Virus record (IMG/VR): IMGVR_UViG_2529292829_000011
Direction: 5' to 3' (one strand)
From: a virus
Taxonomy: Duplodnaviria; Heunggongvirae; Uroviricota; Caudoviricetes
DNA: 8,710 nucleotides
This document shows, in pieces, positions 1 through 8,125 of the stretch. How positions within the stretch are numbered: position 1 is the first letter of the stretch; every line of letters starts with the position of its first letter. The notes beneath the pieces are model-generated. The model made no database searches, was not told where the DNA came from, and was given only the letters and a program-made list of their open reading frames with translations. The position numbers and the translations under genes are program-made.

Positions 1-384
1 GCCAAGTCAGGTGGCGTATTCCAGATTGTCCTGGGGGCTGCCGCCATTGCCGGATCATTCTTTACCGCCGGAGCCACCCTTGCAGCATGGGGGGCAGCCA
101 TTGGGGCCGGTGGTATGACCGGCATCCTGTTTTCTCTCGGTGCCAGTATGGTGCTCGGTGGTGTGGCGCAGATGCTGGCACCGAAAGCCAGAACTCCCCG
201 TACACAGACAACGGATAACGGTAAGCAGAACACCTATTTCTCCTCACTGGATAACATGGTTGCCCAGGGCAATGTTCTGCCTGTTCTGTACGGGGAAATG
301 CGCGTGGGGTCACGCGTGGTTTCTCAGGAGATCAGCACGGCAGACGAAGGGGACGGTGGTCAGGTTGTGGTGATTGGTCGCTGA
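1..384 (+). CDS. I: Tail assembly protein I, C-terminal part (5' end lies outside the window)
   Basis: Frame 1 is open from nt 1 to the TGA at 382-384. The translation (AKSGGVFQIVLGAAAIAGSFFTAGATLAAWGAAIGAGGMTGILFSLGASMVLGG...VLYGEMRVGSRVVSQEISTADEGDGGQVVVIGR) matches my recollection of the C-terminus of lambda gpI almost residue for residue. The 60-nt gap to the next start matches lambda I-J spacing as I recall it. The ORF track lists only the part from an internal Met (115-384). Confidence 0.85.
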   Translation, partial: AKSGGVFQIVLGAAAIAGSFFTAGATLAAWGAAIGAGGMTGILFSLGASMVLGGVAQMLAPKARTPRTQTTDNGKQNTYFSSLDNMVAQGNVLPVLYGEMRVGSRVVSQEISTADEGDGGQVVVIGR

Positions 385-402
385 TGCAAAATGTTTTATG
401 TG

Positions 403-424
403 AAACCGCCTGCGGGCGGTTTTG
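403..424 (+). terminator. GC-rich hairpin plus T-tract in the I-J intergenic spacer (terminator-like or RNA stability element)
   Basis: Read directly: AAACCGCC (403-410), loop TGCG, GGCGGTTT (415-422), an 8-bp perfect inverted repeat followed by TTTTGTCGTTT. Sits between the I stop (384) and the J start (445). Confidence 0.4.
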
Positions 425-444
425 TCGTTTATGGAGCGTGAGGA

Positions 445-3400
445 ATGGGTAAAGGAAGCAGTAAGGGGCATACCCCGCGCGAAGCGAAGGACAACCTGAA
501 GTCCACGCAGTTGCTGAGTGTGATCGATGCCATCAGCGAAGGGCCGGTTGAAGGTCCGGTGGATGGATTAAAAAGCGTGCTGCTGAACAGTACGCCGGTG
601 CTGGACACTGAGGGGAATACCAACATCGCCGGTGTCACGGTGGTGTTCCGTGCCGGTGAGCAGGAGCAGACTCCGCCGGAGGGATTTGAATCCTCCGGCT
701 CCGAGACGGTGTTGGGTACGGAAGTGAAATACGACACGCCGATCACCCGCGCCATCACGTCGGCAAACATCGACCGACTGCGCTTTACCTTCGGTGTGCA
801 GGCACTGGTGGAAACCACCTCAAAGGGGGACCGGAATCCGTCGGAAGTCCGCCTGCTGGTTCAGATACAACGTAACGGTGGCTGGGTGACGGAAAAAGAC
901 ATCACCATTAAGGGCAAAACCACCTCGCAGTATCTGGCCTCGGTGGTGGTGGATAACCTGCCGCCGCGCCCGTTTAATATCCGGATGCGCAGGATGACGC
1001 CGGACAGCACCACAGACCAGCTGCAGAACAAAACGCTCTGGTCGTCATACACCGAAATCATCGATGTGAAACAGTGCTACCCGAACACGGCACTGGTCGG
1101 CGTGCAGGTGGACTCGGAGCAGTTCGGCAGCCAGCAGGTGAGCCGTAATTATCATCTTCGCGGGCGCATTCTGCAGGTGCCGTCGAACTATAACCCGCAG
1201 ACGCGGCAATACAGCGGTATCTGGGACGGAACGTTTAAGCCAGCATACAGCAAAACATGGCCTGGTGTCTGTGGGATATGCTGACCCATCCCGCTACGGC
1301 ATGGGGAAACGTCTTGGTGCGGCGGATGTGGACAAATGGGCGCTGTATGTCATCGGCCAGTACTGCGACCAGTCAGTGCCGGACGGCTTTGGCGGCACGG
1401 AGCCGCGCATCACCTGTAATGCGTACCTGACCACACAGCGCAAGGCGTGGGATGTGCTCAGTGATTTCTGCTCGCGATGCGCTGTATGCGGTATGGAACG
1501 GGCAGACGCTGACGTTCGTGCAGGACCGACCGTCGGATAAGGTGTGGCCTATAACCGCAGTAATGTGGTGATGCCGGATGATGGGCGCCGTTCCGCTACA
1601 GTTCAGCGCCCTGAAGGACCGCCATAATGCCGTTGAGGTGAACTGGATTGACCCGATAACGGCTGGGAGACGGCGACAGAGCTTGTGAGAACGCAGGCCA
1701 TTGCCCGTTACGGTCGTAACGTCACGAAGATGGATGCCTTTGGCTGTACCAGCCGGGGGCAGGCACACCGCGCCGGGCTGTGGCTGATTAAAACGGAACT
1801 GCTGGAAACGCAGACCGTGGACTTCAGCGTGGGTGCGGAAGGGCTTCGCCATGTACCGGGCGATGTCATTGAAATCTGCGATGATGACTATGCCGGTATC
1901 AGCACCGGTGGGCGCGTGCTGGCGGTGAACAGCCAGACCCGGACGCTGACGCTCGACCGTGAAATCACGCTGCCATCCTCCGGTACCACGCTGATAAGCC
2001 TGGTTGACGGCAGGGATCCGGTCAGCGTGGAGGTCAGTCCGTCACCGACGGCGTGAAGGTAAAGTGAGCCGTGTTCCTGACGGGTTGCGAATACAGCGTT
2101 GGGGGCTGAAGTGCCGACGTGCGCCAGCGCTGTTCCGCTGCGTGAGTATCCGTGAGAACGACGACGGCACGTATGCCATCACCGCCGTGCAGCATGTCCG
2201 GAAAAAGAGCCATCGTGGATAACGGGGCGCACTTTGACGGCGACCAGAGCGGCACGGTGAATGGTGTCACGCCGCCAGCGGTGCAGCACTGACGCGAAGT
2301 CACCGCAGACAGCGGGGAATATCAGGTGCTGGCCGTGGGACACGCCGAAGGTGGTGAAGGGCGTGAGCTTCCTGCTTCGCCTGACCGTAGCAGCGGATGA
2401 CGGCCGTGAGCGGCTGGTCAGCACGGCCCGGACGACGGAAACCACTTACCGCTTCACACAACTGGCTCTGGGGAACTACAGGCTGACAGTCCGGGCAGTA
2501 AATGCGTGGGGGCAGCAGGGCGATCCTGCACCACCACCTTCCGGATTAACGCACCTGCAAAACCCGCCACCATTGAGCTGACGCCGGGGTATTTTCAGAT
2601 AACGGCGGTCCCGCGTCTTGCGGTGTATGACCCGACGGTACAGTTTGAATTCTGGTTCTCAGAAAAACGCATCACGAACACAGCACAGGTGGAAAAATCT
2701 GCCCGTTATCTGGGGGCCGGCAGTCAGTGGACTGTCCAGGGGAGCCGGATTAAGCCGGGGACGGATTTCTGGTTTTACGTGCGAAGCGTCAACCTGGTGG
2801 GAAAATCTGCTTTTGTGGAAGCCAGCGGGCAGCCCAGCAATGATGGTGAAGGGTATCTGGAAATTTTCCGGGGGCTGATAGATGAGACGCTTCTTGGTCA
2901 GGCACTGAAAGAGCGCATTGATGCTTCAGCGCTGCGTACGGAGGTCACGCAACTGGAAGAAGACATCCGTCAGCGGATGGACACGGATATCGCAGAAGTG
3001 ACCCGGAAAATCGGGAAGGCGGAAAACACTCTCACGCAGCTGGTTGCGAAAAAGAATGAGGACCAGGCACTGGCCATCGCGCAGGTGAACCAGAAAGTGG
3101 ACCGGGTGAGCAGTGAAATCTCACAGACTGTCAGCCAGGGGCAGTCAGAAAACGCCCGACAGATAGCACAGGTTCGCCAGTACGTGGATAAAAAAGGGAG
3201 TGAAATTACCTCGACCACGGATAAAAAGCTGGGTGATCAGGCCGTGACCATACAGCAAATCCAGCGGGTTCAGTCAGACACGCGCAATGAGCTGAATGCC
3301 ATGTATATGCTGAAGGTGCAGAAAACAAAAAACGGTATTCCCTATGTGGCCGGGATTGGGGCGGGGATTGAGGATGTTGATGGTCAGACCCTGAGTAACA

Positions 3401-4116
3401 TTCTGCTGCAGGCCGATCGCATTGCAATGATTACCCCGGAGAACGGTAACCCCACGCCGCTGTTTGTGGCGCAGGGGAATCAGCTGTTCATGAACGACGT
3501 GTTCCTGAAGCGACTGTTTGCGGTGAGCATCACGTCATCCGGTAATCCTCCGGCATTTTCCCTGACACCGGACGGGCGGCTGACGGCGAGAAATGCTGAT
3601 ATCAGCGGTAACGTTAATGCGAATTCCGGGACGCTCAACAACGTCACGATTAATCAGAACTGCCGGATCCTTGGAAAACTGTCAGCCAGCCATATTGAAG
3701 GCGATATTGTCAAAACGGTGGGTAAGGCTTTCCCGCGAAATGGAAGTTATGCCAGTGGCACGATAACCGTCACGGTTTATGATGATCAGGGATTCGACCG
3801 GCAGATTATCATTCCGCCGGTATTATTTCGTGGTACGAAACACCAGAATTTCAACAGTCATAACCAACAGTCATACTGGTATTCAACCTGTAAGCTGCAG
3901 GTACTGAAGAACGGACAGGAAATCTTTCAGCAACCCGCGACGGATGTCAGCAGGGTATTTTCATCCGTCATTGATATGCCTGCCGGACACGGCCATGTCA
4001 CCCTGACTTTCAATGTTTCTTCATATGGTGCTAATAAGTGGACGCCAACGACCAGTATCAGCGACCTTCTTGTTATTGTGATGAAGAAATCTACAGCCGG
4101 TATCAGTATCAGTTGA
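445..4116 (+). pseudogene. J: Host specificity protein J (tail tip / central tail fibre), disrupted by multiple frameshifts
   Basis: ATG at 445 is preceded by GAGG. The first 280 aa (frame 1, 445-1284) are near-identical to my recollection of the lambda J N-terminus (MGKGSSKGHTPREAKDNLKSTQLLSVIDAISEGP...). The J-like reading then continues in frame 2 (1265-1540, 1685-2056), frame 3 (2004-2222), frame 2 (2261-2581) and finally frame 1 (2506-4116, 536 aa, ending ...[15 protein letters not shown]). Codon-level reading shows short stretches in other frames in between (e.g. MAWCLWDMLTHP in frame 3 at 1257-1292). The 3672-nt span would encode about 1220 aa if intact. Confidence 0.85.
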
Positions 4117-4134
4117 ATTTTATAACCCCAATAC

Positions 4135-4162
4135 GGGCGCCAGAAATGGCGCCTTTTTTATT
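4135..4162 (+). terminator. Rho-independent terminator-like hairpin downstream of J
   Basis: GGCGCC (4136-4141), loop AGAAAT, GGCGCC (4148-4153), a perfect 6-bp GC stem followed directly by TTTTTTATT (4154-4162). Orientation fits + strand transcription; the reverse complement has no trailing T-run. Confidence 0.6.
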
Positions 4163-4183
4163 GCAGAAAAGCGAGAGGTAATT

Positions 4184-4783
4184 ATGCGTAAATTATGTGC
4201 TGTTATTCTGTCCGCAGTAGTCTGGCTGGTTGCCGCTGGTACGCCAGCGAGCGCAGCAGAACATCAGTCCACGCTGAGCGCGGGGTATCTTCATGCCCGT
4301 ACGAACGCTCCCGGTAGTGATGATCTGAACGGGATTAACGTGAAATACCGTTATGAGTTTACGGACATGCTGGGTGTTGTGACGTCATTCAGTTATGCCA
4401 ATGCCAAAGATGAGCAAAAAACGCATTACAGCGATACCCGCTGGCATGAGGATTCCGTGCGTAACCGCGGGTTCAGTGTGATGGCGGGGCCGTCTGTTCG
4501 CGTGAATGAATGGTTCAGCGCGTATGCGATGGCGGGTATGGCTTACAGCCGTGTGTCGACTTTCTCCGGGGATTATATCCGCGTAACTGACAACAAGGGG
4601 AAAACGCACGATGTGCTGACCGGAAGTGATGACGGTCGCCACAGCAACACGTCTCTGGCGTGGGGAGCTGGCGTGCAGTTTAACCCGACCGAATCCGTGG
4701 CCATTGATATTGCTTATGAAGTCTCCGGCAGTGGCGACTGGCGCACTGACGGTTTCATCGTGGGTGTCGGTTATAAGTTCTGA
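4184..4783 (+). CDS. lom: Lom outer-membrane beta-barrel protein (Ail/Lom/OmpX family), lysogenic-conversion-type moron
   Basis: 199-aa ORF with GAGAGG 7-12 nt upstream of the ATG. N-terminus is a signal peptide (MRKLCAVILSAVVWLVAAGTPASA/AEHQ). Near-identical over its length to my recollection of lambda Lom (STLSAGYLHA.TNAPGSDDLNGINVKYRYEFTD...SVMAGPSVRVNEWFSAYAMAG...GFIVGVGYKF), with a C-terminal aromatic residue typical of OM beta-barrels. Confidence 0.93.
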   Translation: MRKLCAVILSAVVWLVAAGTPASAAEHQSTLSAGYLHARTNAPGSDDLNGINVKYRYEFTDMLGVVTSFSYANAKDEQKTHYSDTRWHEDSVRNRGFSVMAGPSVRVNEWFSAYAMAGMAYSRVSTFSGDYIRVTDNKGKTHDVLTGSDDGRHSNTSLAWGAGVQFNPTESVAIDIAYEVSGSGDWRTDGFIVGVGYKF

Positions 4784-4814
4784 TTAGCCAGGTAACACAG
4801 TGTTATGACAGCAT

Positions 4815-4840
4815 GCCTGTTCAATCAGGCGGGCTTTTTT
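4815..4840 (+). terminator. Weak terminator-like hairpin downstream of lom
   Basis: GCCTG (4815-4819), loop TTCAAT, CAGGC (4826-4830), then GGGCTTTTTT (4831-4840). Only a 5-bp stem, with 4 nt between stem and T-run, so modest. Confidence 0.35.
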
Positions 4841-4851
4841 GTGGGGTGAAT

Positions 4852-7800
4852 ATGGCAGTAAAGATTTCAGGTGTACTGAAAGATGGGGCGGGTAAACCTG
4901 TCGTAAATTGTGCGATTGAACTGCGGGCCAGAAGAACCAGCCCGACCGTTGTGGCGCACGTTGTCGCCACTTGTGTGACGGACAATAACGGTGCTTATGT
5001 GATTGAGGCTGAGCCGGGGTATTACGAGGTTGCGCTTCACCGTAACGGCTGGCAGCCAACCCGTGTCGGGGATATTTATGTGGCACCGACTGATGCACCG
5101 GGGACACTGAATGCGTTTCTGGATGCACCAAAGGATAGTGATTTACGTCCGGAGGTGATGAAGCGCTTTGAGGAAATGGTGGATGCGGTTGCCCGGCAGT
5201 CGGAGCAGGTCACCAATGATCGTGAAAGGGCAGAGGCGGTAGCGGAGGCAGCAACAAACGCAGCGAACTCTGCTCTTGACAGTAAAAATAAGGCAGAAGA
5301 TCTAAAAAATAAGGCACAGCAAAATGCCGAAGCCGCTGCAGAAAGCGAACGACAGGCCGGGCAACATGTCGCTGATGCGCAGAAGATTAAGGGGGATTGC
5401 CAGACGCTGGCGGATAACGTACAGCAGAATGCAGAATCCGTTGCCGAAGATAAAAAGCAGGTGGCACAGCTGGCATCATCTGCCACACAGGATGCGGCCA
5501 GCGCAGAGCAGGCTGTCAAGGATGCTGACTCGATAGTCCGGAAAGCGGTCGATAAACTCGGTGAAGCTGCAACGCTGACCGGCGAGGCAAAAGCCAGCGC
5601 CGAAGCGGCAGCAAAAAGCGAACAGAACGCGAAACAGCACAGGGACGAGGCGCAACGGATAGTTGATGACCTGAAGGGAAGCAATGCTTCCACGACAGAA
5701 AAAGGCCTGGTGCAACTCTGTAGTGATACGGACAACGACAGCGAAGAACTGGCAGCCACACCGAAGGCCGTCAAAACCGTCATGGACGAGACGAAAACAA
5801 AAGCGCCGCTGGACAGCCCGGCATTCACCGGCACGCCCACCACACCAACCCCACCGGACGATGCTGCCGGTCTGGAAACAGCGAACGCGGCATTTGTCCG
5901 CAAACTGCTCGCTGCACTGGTTGACTCGTCACCGGAGGCCCTGGACACGCTGAACGAGCTGGCAGCGGCGCTGGGAAATGACCCGAATTTTGCGACGACA
6001 GTCACCAAAGCACTGGCAGGGAAACAGCCACTCAGTGACGTGTTAACCGCAATCAGTAATCTGGAAGAACGGGCAGATAATCTTCTGTGCTTTAATCAGG
6101 ACGGAAATGCTTCACTGTCTCCACTGTCAGAAAAAGCCCGGTCACTGCTGGCACAGGCCACAGTGGAAGCTATGCGCAATGAGCTTGAGCTGAAAAGCGC
6201 AGCGGTAATGGATATTCAGACAGACATTCACGACAGCACGAAAGGCCGCATTGCGCTTCCCGGTGCGTATGGTTACGGAATGACGGACGCCGGAGCGCGT
6301 TCAATTATTGCCAGCGATATGGCGACTGTAGCCAGAACCGCTCACAACCTGCACCCGGGACGCTATTACACCTTTGCCACACGAACGGAAGAAACAACCG
6401 GGATAACAGAAATTATCTGGCTGGATAATGGCCGGGCCGACAAAACCAGCCAGACAGCAACAAAGCTGGTTCTGTTTTTTGGAAAAGACGGACGGATTCT
6501 TATGACCGTTCGTGGCGATAATATCTCCGCCCCGGTCACCTGGACGAATCTGACGCCACAACTTGGCAATGCAGCACAGAAGGATGCGCAGGAGAATATT
6601 TACGACCGCACCGAAGGCCGTCTGGCGATTCCCGGCATGTTTGGATTCGGGAAAGTATTTTTCATCGGCGACAGGACCGAGTTTAAAACAGAGGCCGATT
6701 TTCTCCGCTGGGTAAAAACGGCAAATCCCGGACGCTATGCCGTTTATGCAGATACAAATGCGGTAATACAGGGCGTGCTGTTCAAGGGTACCGTTGAAAT
6801 TATCTGGCCGGAACCTCAAATCAGCCATGATACGGCATATGTGGCCAAAATCATTATTTTTTACGGTATTAACGGTCATATTTATTACAATCGCTACTGG
6901 ACTACCGGAGGTGGTTATCTGGTTGGCTGGGAAAACCTGAAAGTCAACGAGGCTTCACTCCGGGCACTGATTGAAACCCGAGCGCCACTGAACAGTCCGG
7001 CACTGACCGGAACGCCGTCCACGCCAACACCACCGGATGATGCAGCAGGTAATGAAATAGCCAATGCGGCGTTTGTCCGCAAACTGCTCGCCACGCTGGT
7101 TGGCTCATCACCGGAAGCCCTGGACACGCTGAACGAGCTGGCAGCGGCACTGGGCAATGACCCGAACTTTGCGACAACCGTCACTAATGCACTGGCAGGG
7201 AAACAGCCGCTTAATGACGTGTTAACGGCTGTCAGCAAGATAACACCGGAAGAAAACACACTGCCCTATTTCAGTGCAGATGGCAGGATTTTACTGGCGC
7301 AGTTGTCAGAAAAAGCCCGCGCATTACTGGCACTGGACACACCTGAAGCCATGCGCACGGAGCTTGAACTGAAAGCGGCTGCGACGATGGAACCCCAGAG
7401 CGATATCCGCGACCGCACACCGGGCAGACTGGCACTGTCCGGCATGCATGGATTCGGTCAGGCATTCACCAGTGCCGACGCTCTGACATTTAACGGGCAG
7501 GCCGATTTTGTTGAATGGCTGAAAAAGGCCGCCCCGGGGCGTTATGCGGTCAGTATTGCGGACTCTTCCATGCTGCTGGTTGGCACCAAGAAATTTAACG
7601 GCACCATTGATGTGATGTGGTCGCCCTTTGATAACGATGAGTCGGACACAATACGAAAATTCAAAACACTGCTGTGTTTTAACCAGTATTACGAAGGTGA
7701 GCATAGTATTCATTTCCTGACTTACCGCTTTAGTGGAAACAACTGGAATGCAACAGTAAGCCCTGTCATTTACGACGGCGATTCGCTGGCGTTCTTACTG

Positions 7801-8112
7801 TCCCGGACAGCAGGCTCAGGCTCATATTTCAAATACCCGGCAGTGGGTGTTCCAGTGCTGGCTGTTTATCGCGGAACAACTTCCGGGGATAAAGAAATCA
7901 ATATTGGCCTGGGTGATGTGGTGCAGGGGTCACAACTGGGCGGAGTTAATCTTTCGTGCTTAATATCTTCTGCTGGGGTTGGCTCCTACAATTCCGCACC
8001 GAGTGCAGGAGCTACAGGGTACACTTTCCCGGGGCGTTATATGGCGCTATCCGGGGTCAGGGACTCTAAAGGAATAACCGGTCGTATCTGCCTGTTTGTG
8101 CGCATCGAGTAA
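4852..8112 (+). CDS. stf: Side tail fibre protein (Stf-like), long modular variant
   Basis: Frame 1 ORF 4813-8112. I prefer the ATG at 4852 (MAVKISGVLKDGAGKPV...), because the lambda Stf N-terminus as I recall it begins MAVKISGVLKDG and a G-rich stretch precedes it. The ATG at 4813 lies inside the lom terminator hairpin. The N-terminal ~110 aa are lambda-Stf-like, followed by an Ala/Glu/Lys/Gln-rich coiled coil (about 5200-5700) and two conserved tail-fibre boxes (KAPLDSPAFTGTPTTPTPPDDAAG... and RAPLNSPALTGTPSTPTPPDDAAG...), each followed by ...ALDTLNELAAALGNDPNFATTVT.ALAGKQPL. Confidence 0.9.
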   Translation: MAVKISGVLKDGAGKPVVNCAIELRARRTSPTVVAHVVATCVTDNNGAYVIEAEPGYYEVALHRNGWQPTRVGDIYVAPTDAPGTLNAFLDAPKDSDLRPEVMKRFEEMVDAVARQSEQVTNDRERAEAVAEAATNAANSALDSKNKAEDLKNKAQQNAEAAAESERQAGQHVADAQKIKGDCQTLADNVQQNAESVAEDKKQVAQLASSATQDAASAEQAVKDADSIVRKAVDKLGEAATLTGEAKASAEAAAKSEQNAKQHRDEAQRIVDDLKGSNASTTEKGLVQLCSDTDNDSEELAATPKAVKTVMDETKTKAPLDSPAFTGTPTTPTPPDDAAGLETANAAFVRKLLAALVDSSPEALDTLNELAAALGNDPNFATTVTKALAGKQPLSDVLTAISNLEERADNLLCFNQDGNASLSPLSEKARSLLAQATVEAMRNELELKSAAVMDIQTDIHDSTKGRIALPGAYGYGMTDAGARSIIASDMATVARTAHNLHPGRYYTFATRTEETTGITEIIWLDNGRADKTSQTATKLVLFFGKDGRILMTVRGDNISAPVTWTNLTPQLGNAAQKDAQENIYDRTEGRLAIPGMFGFGKVFFIGDRTEFKTEADFLRWVKTANPGRYAVYADTNAVIQGVLFKGTVEIIWPEPQISHDTAYVAKIIIFYGINGHIYYNRYWTTGGGYLVGWENLKVNEASLRALIETRAPLNSPALTGTPSTPTPPDDAAGNEIANAAFVRKLLATLVGSSPEALDTLNELAAALGNDPNFATTVTNALAGKQPLNDVLTAVSKITPEENTLPYFSADGRILLAQLSEKARALLALDTPEAMRTELELKAAATMEPQSDIRDRTPGRLALSGMHGFGQAFTSADALTFNGQADFVEWLKKAAPGRYAVSIADSSMLLVGTKKFNGTIDVMWSPFDNDESDTIRKFKTLLCFNQYYEGEHSIHFLTYRFSGNNWNATVSPVIYDGDSLAFLLSRTAGSGSYFKYPAVGVPVLAVYRGTTSGDKEINIGLGDVVQGSQLGGVNLSCLISSAGVGSYNSAPSAGATGYTFPGRYMALSGVRDSKGITGRICLFVRIE
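5806..6290 (+). repeat. Intragenic direct repeat, copy 1 (conserved tail-fibre box module inside stf)
   Basis: About 480 nt that re-occur at 6985-7460 with high nucleotide similarity (by eye roughly 85% over the first 260 nt, including identical runs such as TTTGTCCGCAAACTGCTCGC and CCCTGGACACGCTGAACGAGCTGGCAGCGGC). Copy spacing is 1179 nt (393 codons), so the repeat is in frame. Confidence 0.8.
6985..7460 (+). repeat. Intragenic direct repeat, copy 2 (conserved tail-fibre box module inside stf)
   Basis: Second copy of the module described at 5806-6290; encodes APLNSPALTGTPSTPTPPDDAAGNEIANAAFVRKLLATLVGSSPEALDTLNELAAALGNDPNFATTVTNALAGKQPLNDVLTAV...SEKARALLA...EAMRTELELKAAATME. Confidence 0.8.
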
Positions 8113-8125
8113 CGGGGAATAAAAC

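Noticed and set aside
1265-2581. Listing the ORFs at 1265-1540, 1685-2056, 2004-2222 and 2261-2581 as separate genes
   Set aside because: Their translations are consecutive pieces of one J-like protein read in different frames, so they are fragments of the disrupted J gene and not independent genes.
4117-4183. Sigma-70 promoter for lom in the J-lom spacer
   Set aside because: Only weak hexamer matches (e.g. TTGAAT at 4113-4118, TTGCAG at 4161-4166) without a properly spaced -10, so I cannot support a promoter call from sequence alone.
4813-4851. Upstream ATG at 4813 as the stf start (13 extra N-terminal residues, MPVQSGGLFCGVN)
   Set aside because: That ATG sits inside the lom terminator hairpin and lacks an RBS. 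The ATG at 4852 gives the lambda-Stf-like N-terminus MAVKISG and has a G-rich stretch upstream.
5076-6008. 310-aa minus-strand ORF, very Ala/Ser/Cys-rich
   Set aside because: It lies antisense to the Ala-rich coiled-coil region of stf. GCN-rich codons on the + strand give NGC codons (Ala/Ser/Cys/Gly) with few stops on the reverse strand, which explains the open frame. No plausible RBS and low-complexity composition, so it is a shadow ORF.
6301-6879. 192-aa minus-strand ORF inside stf
   Set aside because: Entirely antisense to a well-supported + strand fibre domain, with no recognisable features; most likely a chance open frame.
5806-7460. Possible diversity-generating retroelement (template and variable repeat pair) in the fibre gene
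   Set aside because: The mismatches between the two copies are of all types (G/A, C/T, C/G, A/T), not adenine-specific as DGR mutagenesis would give. No reverse transcriptase gene is present, and both copies are coding parts of stf.
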